Position numbers and translations under genes: made by a program
Shown: positions 56,569 through 64,000 of the stretch, one piece after another
How positions within the stretch are numbered: position 1 is the first letter of the stretch
Layout: every line of letters begins with the position of its first letter
The notes under the pieces: model-generated
Told to the model about the DNA's origin: nothing
The model's input: only the letters and a program-made list of their open reading frames with translations
Database searches by the model: none
Assembly (NCBI GenBank): GCA_028280815.1
Contig: JANQLC010000007.1
Location: 15,037-79,036, forward strand
Length of the DNA stretch: 64,000 nucleotides
Direction of reading: 5' to 3'
DNA from: Flavobacteriales bacterium
Lineage (GTDB): Bacteria > Bacteroidota > Bacteroidia > Flavobacteriales > JANQLC01

Positions 56569-58968
56569 TTATCCATTGAGCTGGAACGGCACGATCAGTT
56601 TGAATGAGATGTTTCTTCCCATTTGATAGATGCCGGTTTGGCCGGTTGCTGGATTTTCACCTATGTATTTCAGCCGGCTCATATGGTCCTGGTAGGCTTT
56701 GTCAAATAGGTTGTCGCCGATCACGTAAAGACGTGCCAAGCTGTTTCCGCTTTTGTTCTTAAGTGTACAGCCCACACTCGCGTTGAATAAGGTGTAGTCC
56801 GGTGTCGCGCTTTCCGTATCGTAGCGCGTGTAGACGTGGTCTTGTTTAAAGCTGTAATCTATACCCCAGGCTAAAAATACAGACTGGAACAGGGTTTTGG
56901 GTTTAAACACCGCCTTTATTTTAGAGTGCAGTGCTGGTGCGGGTATGAAGGGCAGGTATTTTGACGCTTTGCTCGCGTAGTCCTGGAATTCTCCATTGAC
57001 AAAGGAAAAGTCGTTGTGCCAATGCAACCAGGACAGCTCTTTTGGGTGTACCTCAAAGCTGGCTTCGGCGCCCCAAAGCTGTGCGTCTTGCTGTTCGTAT
57101 TCGAACAATTCCGCACCTTCTATCATTCTCGCTTGGGCGTCCTTATGAATGTAAATGTAGTCGGCTATGGCATTGTAGAATCCCGATAGGCTAAGCGTCA
57201 GCGCATCGTTATTCCAGATCAAACCCAGGTCGAGCTCCGTATCAGTTTCTGGGTCTAGGTTTCGATTTCCCAATTCATAGCGATTGGTGCCTTCGTGAAT
57301 CCCATTTGCGGAGAGTTCCTGTGAGTTGGGTGCTCTAAAGCCGCGTGCTGCATTGAACTTCACAGTTAGGTAGTCGTCGATCAGATAGCTGAGCCCCAGG
57401 CTGGGGCTCAGATTCGAGAAATCCGCTTTGAAGGCGTTAAAGCCGGGTTTGATGCCGCCTTGAGCGGGTTCGTTCACTTGTAAGGCCTTGCTGTTTATAT
57501 GGCGTAGATCAAATCGAAGCCCGCCAGCTAAATTCCATTTGTCGTTGATGGTTTTGCTCACATAGCTGTAGCCGCCGAAGTCGAATAAATCGTAATTGGG
57601 GATTAGGAATTCCTCACCCTCGTTTTCATTGGTTTGATACATGCCATTGGTCCCGACTGTGATTTTCCAACCGCCGATAGGGCTCAGCTGGTATCGCGCA
57701 CCGTAGTCGTAGGTTCGCAGTAGCAGGTCCAGGGCTGCCCCGCTTTCCTCTGTCTCTGCTTCCGCCGCATTTGCCCCCTCCGTTTCCTCGGGTTCCGGCC
57801 CTTCAAACTCCTGTCTTTTGTTCTGTTGGTAAGCCAGATCGAGTTGCAGCCGATCGGAGCCGAGAAATAGGTCTTGTCGGAGTTGCACGCGATAATGCTT
57901 AATTCTTTGGTAGGGTAGATCGATGGTATAACTATCCAACTCCCTTTGTGATACGGCTCGAACCTTTCCCGCCTCGAATTTGGTAAAGGCTCCTGATTCG
58001 TTCCGCTCCCCTTCAGTCATGCCGAGTTTTTGACCAAATGAACTGAAGAACAGCTGCGTATTGCCCCAGTTGTAATCCCAATCCAGATCACCGGAGAATT
58101 CGAGGTTTTCAAATCCAGAATTGTAGACGGTGCCATCCTTATCATTTTTGTAATTACCGGCTTGCTTGCGGTCTAAATCGATGTGCCAAGAAAGGGCGTC
58201 GAGCTTTCCGGCGTTGCTCAAGCCGTATTCCTGCATGTCGTTGTTGGCCTGGTATTGCGATTGTAAATGCCCATTTACCGCTCCGTCTTTCAGCTGTTTT
58301 TCGGTGATGAAGTTGATCACACTGCCCTGGGCATCCGAGCCGTATAGCAAACTGCTGGGTCCCTTGATAACCTCTGTGCGCTGTATGCCGAGCTCCCCGA
58401 TCTGGATGCCGTGTTCGGCGCCCCACTGTTGTTCCTCTTGCCGCACCCCGTTGTATAGGGTTACCACGTGGTTGCTTCCCAGCCCGCGAATGACGGGTTT
58501 GGAGATAGAGGGCCCGGTTTGCCAGGCGTCGACGCCGGGTATTTGGGTGATGGCATCGACGATATTGGAACTGGCCTGCGCCTCCATGTCCGCCGCGTGA
58601 ATGACGGATGTGCTTATGGGTGAACGGCGCTGGTCGGTGGAATGGGTAACGCCGGTCACGATGACCTCATCCAACTCGCCATACTGCTCGCTCAAGTGGA
58701 TGGTATAGTTTGACTGGTCTTCTCTGAAAGAGACGCACTTCGGCTGATAACCCACACGATTGACGACAAAGGTGAATTGCCCCTTTGGGATTTGCATTGA
58801 AAATTTTCCACTTGCGTTCGTTGCGGTTCCCTTGTGGAGGGCTTCGCTGTATAGATTGGCCTCGGAAAGCGGATTTCCCGAAACATCGGTGACCGTTCCG
58901 GATATCTCGTGTTGTGCCATAAGACTAACGCTCGCCAGAAAGGCGAGACATGTGATTGATTTTTTCAT
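56569..58968 (-). CDS. TonB-dependent outer-membrane receptor with an N-terminal carboxypeptidase-regulatory-like domain
   Basis: 799 aa. It has a signal peptide, an ISGTVTD..G.PL..A.. CarbopepD_reg pattern, a plug region (VIRGLGSN..) and a long barrel. Confidence 0.88.
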   Translation of the reverse strand: MKKSITCLAFLASVSLMAQHEISGTVTDVSGNPLSEANLYSEALHKGTATNASGKFSMQIPKGQFTFVVNRVGYQPKCVSFREDQSNYTIHLSEQYGELDEVIVTGVTHSTDQRRSPISTSVIHAADMEAQASSNIVDAITQIPGVDAWQTGPSISKPVIRGLGSNHVVTLYNGVRQEEQQWGAEHGIQIGELGIQRTEVIKGPSSLLYGSDAQGSVINFITEKQLKDGAVNGHLQSQYQANNDMQEYGLSNAGKLDALSWHIDLDRKQAGNYKNDKDGTVYNSGFENLEFSGDLDWDYNWGNTQLFFSSFGQKLGMTEGERNESGAFTKFEAGKVRAVSQRELDSYTIDLPYQRIKHYRVQLRQDLFLGSDRLQLDLAYQQNKRQEFEGPEPEETEGANAAEAETEESGAALDLLLRTYDYGARYQLSPIGGWKITVGTNGMYQTNENEGEEFLIPNYDLFDFGGYSYVSKTINDKWNLAGGLRFDLRHINSKALQVNEPAQGGIKPGFNAFKADFSNLSPSLGLSYLIDDYLTVKFNAARGFRAPNSQELSANGIHEGTNRYELGNRNLDPETDTELDLGLIWNNDALTLSLSGFYNAIADYIYIHKDAQARMIEGAELFEYEQQDAQLWGAEASFEVHPKELSWLHWHNDFSFVNGEFQDYASKASKYLPFIPAPALHSKIKAVFKPKTLFQSVFLAWGIDYSFKQDHVYTRYDTESATPDYTLFNASVGCTLKNKSGNSLARLYVIGDNLFDKAYQDHMSRLKYIGENPATGQTGIYQMGRNISFKLIVPFQLNG

Positions 58969-59707
58969 AATATTGGATGGTTTTGTAAGTGATAGATCGA
59001 TTTTGTTTTCGCGGTATTAAATCGAGGGAGGAGGCGCCTTGTTGGGGTTATTTGTCCAGCATAGCGCGAGGCGTGTACGCTGTGGTTTTAAGTCGGTGCA
59101 TTTTGCTCGGATTGCTGCGAAGTATGGCCGGGCGCAAGAAAATGCGAGCCGCTGTCGGATTCAGGGTTGCTATGCCGTGTTGAATCAGGCAAACCACACA
59201 GGGTCTGCCAACCGATTTCCCTTGAGAACCGTGCTTGTGCGATGTGACAAAATCCTGAAAAAGCCTGAGCGAAAACAGGCTGGACAAACCGATTTGGACT
59301 CCTTTTTTCACCTGTTTCGTCCTTTTCATGCGACAAAGGTAAAGGTTTGAAAATACCTCACAAGGAATTTTGTCGCAGGGCTGCCTTTCCGTTACAGGCG
59401 GTTTGGAATTTGGTTCCCATTGCGGCTTTTCGCCTTTTTATCCGCGCTGCGGTTGCTATTTTTAGTCTGCTTTCCCCGTGTTTTTGGGTTGGAAGGGCTT
59501 TGCCCCTTTTCTACTCGTCTTTGCACAGGGTATAGGCTGGTGGCTTGTAAGGGCTGTAAGCCCGTCGTTCGCCTTTTTCTCGTGATTGTATTCTAGCGCA
59601 TTTGACCACAGCTGTCCCCCCATCAACTCAATTGATGCGATGAGTAGGCCTGAAAAGGCGGATAGTTTGTATTTTCGTGGGCTGGAAAGAGAGATGAGCC
59701 CTAGCTT

Positions 59708-62194
59708 ATGAGTGAAGGAGAGAAGTTGATTCCCATCAACATAGAAGATGAGATGAAGTCTTCTTATATCGACTATTCCATGTCGGTAATCGTATCCCGT
59801 GCGCTGCCCGATGTGCGAGACGGGTTGAAGCCGGTGCATCGCCGTGTGCTTTACGGCATGTACGAGTTGGGCGTTTTATCCAATCGCGCGCACAAGAAAT
59901 CGGCTCGTATCGTGGGGGAGGTCTTGGGTAAGTATCACCCCCATGGGGATGCTTCTGTGTATGATGCCACAGTTCGGATGGCGCAGGATTGGTCCTTGCG
60001 TTATCCCTTGGTCGACGGCCAGGGTAACTTTGGCTCCATTGACGGCGATCCCCCTGCGGCCATGCGCTATACGGAGGCTCGGTTGCAGAAAATGGCTGAA
60101 GACCTGTTGTTGGATATCGATAAAGAAACCATAGATTTTCAATTGAACTTCGACGATTCGCTCACCGAGCCCAAAGTCTTACCCGCTCAGGTGCCCAACC
60201 TAATCGCCAACGGTGCTTCGGGTATTGCGGTTGGCATGGCTACCAATATGCCGCCGCACAACCTATCGGAAACCGTCGATGCGATAAGGGCTTATATCGA
60301 CAACCGGGATATAGAGGTAGCGGAATTGATGCAGTACATCAAGGCACCCGATTTCCCAACCGGTGGGGTGATTTACGGCTATGATGGGGTACGGGAAGCC
60401 TTTGAAACCGGCCGGGGGCGGATAGTCGTCCGGGCAAAGCCCAAATTTGAGGTGGTAAACGGTCGGGACTGCATCGTCGTTTCAGAAATTCCCTATCAAG
60501 TAAACAAAGCGGATTTGATAAAGCGAACCGCTGACTTGGTCAGCGAAAAGAAATTGGAGGGTATCTCGTCCATTCGCGATGAATCCGACCGCAAAGGAAT
60601 GCGCATCCTTTACGTGTTGAAGCAGGACGCCATTCCAAATGTCGTTTTAAACCAGCTCTTCAAGTATACCGCCCTACAGACTTTCTTTAGCGTGAACAAC
60701 ATCGCTTTGGTGAATGGCCGGCCGCAGACGCTGAATATCAAAGATATGATTGAGTGCTTTGTCGATCACCGCCACGATGTGGTCACGCGCCGCGCGCAGT
60801 ACGACTTGGATAAGGCGGAGGAGCGCGCCCACATTCTCGCGGGTTTGCTCATCGCTTTGGATCAGCTGGACGGGGTGATCGCATTGATTCGCGCTTCGCA
60901 AACAGTAGGGGAAGCCCATGCGGGTTTGCAGGCGCGGTTCAGCCTGAGCGAAGCCCAAGCCCGTGCGATTCTGGATATGCGCCTGCAAAAGTTAACCGGG
61001 CTCGAGCGCGACAAGCTAAGAGCAGAACACGAACAGCTGCAGGAGACCATTGCTCATCTGAGGGAAATTTTGGCCTCCGAATTCCTGCGAATGGCGGTCA
61101 TCCGAGAAGAGCTCTTCGAGGTTAAAGAAAAATATGGGGATGAGCGACGCACGGCGATCGACTATGCAGGAGGAGCCGTAACCCTAGAGGATATGATCCC
61201 CGATGAAAGGGTAGTGGTGACCGTTTCGCATTTGGGGTACATCAAGCGCACGCCCCTCTCCGAGTATCGCGCCCAGCACCGAGGCGGTGTCGGATACCGG
61301 GGGGCTACCACGCGAGAGGCGGACTTCTTAGAACGCATTTTCGTAGCGACCAACCACCAGTATTTGCTCTTGTTTACCGAGATGGGTAAGTGCTATTGGC
61401 TGCGCGTGTATGAGATACCCGAGGGCTCTAAAATGTCAAAGGGACGCGCCGCTCAGAATTTGATAAGCATGGATAAAGGCGACAAGGTAAGAGCCTTTGT
61501 ACACACGCATGATTTGAGGGAATCGGATTACACAAACAGCCACTACGTCATGATGGTTACCCAAAAGGGGCAGGTAAAGAAAACCCTTTTGGAGCAGTAT
61601 TCGAGGCCGCGATCAAGCGGTATTAACGCCATTGCCATCAAAGATGGCGATACCCTTATCGAGGCTAAATTGACCACTGGAAACAGCGAGGTACTGCTCG
61701 CGGTGAAAAGCGGTAAAGCCGTCCGTTTTAAAGAGGGTAAAACCCGTCCCATGGGTCGGATGGCCTCTGGCGTACGAGGCATTACGCTCGCCGATGATAG
61801 GGATGAGGTGGTGGGGATGATATGCATTGATGATTTGCAGTCTGAGGTTTTGGTAGTCAGTGAAAACGGATATGGAAAGCGCTCGTGTCTCGCAGACTAC
61901 CGACTGACCAACCGGGGGGGAAAAGGGGTCAAGACCATTCACATCACCGAGAAAACGGGTAGTCTGGTCGCCGTTAAAAACGTGACTGACTCGGATGACT
62001 TGATCATAATCAATCGCTCGGGTGTGATGATTCGCGTCCGCGTATCCGATTTGCGCGTCATGGGAAGGAATACGCAGGGGGTCAGGCTGATCAATTTGAA
62101 GGATGGCGGTCGAATTGCAGCGGTGGCTAAGGTGGAGTTGAGCTCTGATGAAGGCGGCGATCGCGCCTTAGATCCCAGCCTGGACTCACAGTGA
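59708..62194 (+). CDS. gyrA: DNA gyrase subunit A
   Basis: 828 aa. Motifs are [27 protein letters not shown], the active-site region AAMRYTE and C-terminal beta-pinwheel repeats. Confidence 0.97.
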   Translation: MSEGEKLIPINIEDEMKSSYIDYSMSVIVSRALPDVRDGLKPVHRRVLYGMYELGVLSNRAHKKSARIVGEVLGKYHPHGDASVYDATVRMAQDWSLRYPLVDGQGNFGSIDGDPPAAMRYTEARLQKMAEDLLLDIDKETIDFQLNFDDSLTEPKVLPAQVPNLIANGASGIAVGMATNMPPHNLSETVDAIRAYIDNRDIEVAELMQYIKAPDFPTGGVIYGYDGVREAFETGRGRIVVRAKPKFEVVNGRDCIVVSEIPYQVNKADLIKRTADLVSEKKLEGISSIRDESDRKGMRILYVLKQDAIPNVVLNQLFKYTALQTFFSVNNIALVNGRPQTLNIKDMIECFVDHRHDVVTRRAQYDLDKAEERAHILAGLLIALDQLDGVIALIRASQTVGEAHAGLQARFSLSEAQARAILDMRLQKLTGLERDKLRAEHEQLQETIAHLREILASEFLRMAVIREELFEVKEKYGDERRTAIDYAGGAVTLEDMIPDERVVVTVSHLGYIKRTPLSEYRAQHRGGVGYRGATTREADFLERIFVATNHQYLLLFTEMGKCYWLRVYEIPEGSKMSKGRAAQNLISMDKGDKVRAFVHTHDLRESDYTNSHYVMMVTQKGQVKKTLLEQYSRPRSSGINAIAIKDGDTLIEAKLTTGNSEVLLAVKSGKAVRFKEGKTRPMGRMASGVRGITLADDRDEVVGMICIDDLQSEVLVVSENGYGKRSCLADYRLTNRGGKGVKTIHITEKTGSLVAVKNVTDSDDLIIINRSGVMIRVRVSDLRVMGRNTQGVRLINLKDGGRIAAVAKVELSSDEGGDRALDPSLDSQ

Positions 62195-62238
62195 AATCAG
62201 AAGGGAGCCGGATCATGCCGGTACAAGTATAATTTAAT

Positions 62239-63684
62239 ATGAATGGAATGAAAAAGGCGAGTTTGTTTTTAACGGGTGTATGTCTATCGGGGCTGAGTAT
62301 TTTTGCCCAACGAGCAGAGATTGACGCGGCGGAGCACGCCCTCGGTGAAAGAGATTGGAAAGCCGCCCAGACGTATATCGACCGGGCTGGAGACTTGCTG
62401 ATGCAGAATCGCAACCGGTTGAAAGATGATGTAGTAGCTGCGTATTATTACACCAAGGGAAATGTGTATAGGGGGATTGCCAAGGGGGCACCGGCTCTCA
62501 GCGCCGGTGAGAATCCGATGATCATTGCAGCAAAAGCCTATATTCGATTGCGGGATTTTGAATCCGGGAAATCGTATCAGGCCAAGAATTCGACGACCGG
62601 TGACTGGGCGTACTTCGATTCGGAGGGCGATATGAAAAGTGCTGTGGCGAGCGGGAATTACAAGAAGACGCGTGTGCGCGACCGCCGTGCAAAGTACAGT
62701 CTCCAACTCGGCACAGCCTTGCAGCCGGTGATCAGCAGTTTGGACAAAGCGGCAAGGGGTGCTTACGAGGCGAAGAAATTTCGGGAGTCCAGCGGGGATT
62801 ACGTCGCTTTGTATTATCTGAACGCTGCGGCAACTAAGCAGAAACGGCCTGTGTATTTGTACCATGCAGCTACCGCTGCTGCGCAGGGAAAAGACTTTGA
62901 AAAGGCTGCAGCGTACTATCAGACTGTGTTGCGCATGGGTTACACCGGTATGGATAAGCGCTATACCTTGATGAACAAAGAAACCGGTAAGCGCGAGCCG
63001 GTTTTAAGTGAAAAGGTGGGTAAGTTAATGGAAAAGACGGGTAAGTATTCCGATTTGCAGGTGGAGCAATCGCCTAATAAGCAACCTGAAATATATCGGT
63101 TTGCCGCCTATTCCTGCGAGCAATTGGGCGATACGGCTCAAGCGCTTGCACTGTTGAAAAAAGGTGTATCCGCATTTCCCCAGGATGAAAACCTGACGAG
63201 CGACCTGGGCGCTCTATACATGCGGCAAGGGGATATTGATTCGTATATCGAAATTTTGCAGAATCAGATTGCCCGCGATCCAAACAATGCGCAGTTGCAT
63301 TACAATATGGGCGTTGTAGCGTATCGAAAAGCCGATTATAAGGAAGCTGAAAAACATTATAGAAAAGCTATTGCATTAAAACCGGATGGGGGAGATGCCT
63401 ATTTCAATCTGGCAGTTGTCAAACTAGCCCCCGAGAGGGAGATCATCGCCGAGATGAATCGGTTGGGAAACTCCAAGGCTGATAACGCCCGCTATAAGGT
63501 GCTCCAAAAACAGCGTTCAGCCCTTTATAAAAGTGTTATACCCCTATTGAAACAGGCTCGAAAGTACAGCCCCAGAAACCGGGTTGTGCTGCAAACCTTA
63601 AAAAAGATTTATGCCGATCAGAGCATGCACGCCCAATACGAAGAGATTCAGGCTGATCTGAAAGCCTTAGACAGCGGTCGATAG
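62239..63684 (+). CDS. TPR-repeat protein with signal peptide
   Basis: 481 aa with an N-terminal signal (..LSIFAQ). It carries several TPR-like repeats (..AYFNLAVV.., ..HYNMGVVAY..). It lies downstream of gyrA, as is common in Flavobacteriia. Confidence 0.7.
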   Translation: MNGMKKASLFLTGVCLSGLSIFAQRAEIDAAEHALGERDWKAAQTYIDRAGDLLMQNRNRLKDDVVAAYYYTKGNVYRGIAKGAPALSAGENPMIIAAKAYIRLRDFESGKSYQAKNSTTGDWAYFDSEGDMKSAVASGNYKKTRVRDRRAKYSLQLGTALQPVISSLDKAARGAYEAKKFRESSGDYVALYYLNAAATKQKRPVYLYHAATAAAQGKDFEKAAAYYQTVLRMGYTGMDKRYTLMNKETGKREPVLSEKVGKLMEKTGKYSDLQVEQSPNKQPEIYRFAAYSCEQLGDTAQALALLKKGVSAFPQDENLTSDLGALYMRQGDIDSYIEILQNQIARDPNNAQLHYNMGVVAYRKADYKEAEKHYRKAIALKPDGGDAYFNLAVVKLAPEREIIAEMNRLGNSKADNARYKVLQKQRSALYKSVIPLLKQARKYSPRNRVVLQTLKKIYADQSMHAQYEEIQADLKALDSGR

Positions 63685-63875
63685 CATTTCTCTTCGCAGG
63701 GTGGCGAGCGGTTTATCCGAATAAGGCTTGTGATGGGGATGGGTTTCAGTGGTCAGGTCCCAATCCCAAGGCTTTTCTGAGGCGGTTTGAAAATGGAGGC
63801 TTAGGCTTTGTTCGCGTGCTGGGTTTCAGTGACCAAACTCCAATCACCGTCGTCAATCTCCTCAATTTTTCCGCC

Positions 63876-64000
<125 letters not shown>

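Noticed and set aside
58969-59340. Cobalamin or TPP riboswitch upstream of the TonB-dependent receptor.
   Set aside because: I could not find the B12 box (..GCCACTG..) or the TPP core motifs on the minus strand. Only generic hairpins are present. It is left as a low-interest open question rather than a call.
59340-59707. Possible oriC or DnaA-box cluster near gyrA and in the repeat tracts (TTATCC / GGATAA at about 59431, 45970, 46070, 46082, 7136, 25245, 25446).
   Set aside because: Only the 6-nt TTATCC core matches. None extends to the 9-mer TTATCCACA. There is no dnaA or dnaN nearby and no AT-rich unwinding element identified.

Overview
The window looks like a Bacteroidota chromosome segment, judging by Flavobacteriia-like gene order. 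GC is roughly 50% from hand counts on sample segments. It is almost entirely housekeeping. Recognisable blocks are gldK-L-M-N (T9SS/gliding core), bamA-ompH-ompH-murI with uppS upstream, nadK/pdxJ, dnaK, murF-gldJ, cdd-pdhA-E2, tsaE-ald, HD-lpxD-lpxC/fabZ-lpxA-efp, sucD, a TonB-dependent receptor and gyrA-TPR. There is one tRNA-Cys(GCA). I see no transposase, integrase, CRISPR/cas, phage genes, or recognisable defence or toxin module.

What the genes do not explain is the intergenic space. Eleven spacers are at least 330 bp, which is roughly 9 kb, or about 14-15% of the window. Many of them are filled by one family of degenerate, strand-polar repeats. The unit is about 40 bp: A-run, short GC core, T-run, then a YAGACC-type tail. 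One strand is A+C-rich and the other G+T-rich. The extreme case is a 1.9-kb gene-free G+T-skewed tract at 44.3-46.1 kb with nested higher-order repeats. I cannot assign this family to any element class I know. It is the best candidate here for something undescribed, but it could equally be decaying duplication debris.

Secondary observations:
- Three envelope genes carry apparent lesions: a GT2 with an in-frame TAA, a frameshifted mini-OmpH, and a DUF6089-like barrel without a signal peptide.
- A UbiA(DPPR-synthase-like)/HAD-IB/GT-C trio.
- An Nramp-USP fusion.
- A low-GC orphan membrane gene beside the tRNA.
- An orphan terminator that may mark a small RNA.

All family assignments come from motif recognition by eye. 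No searches were run.
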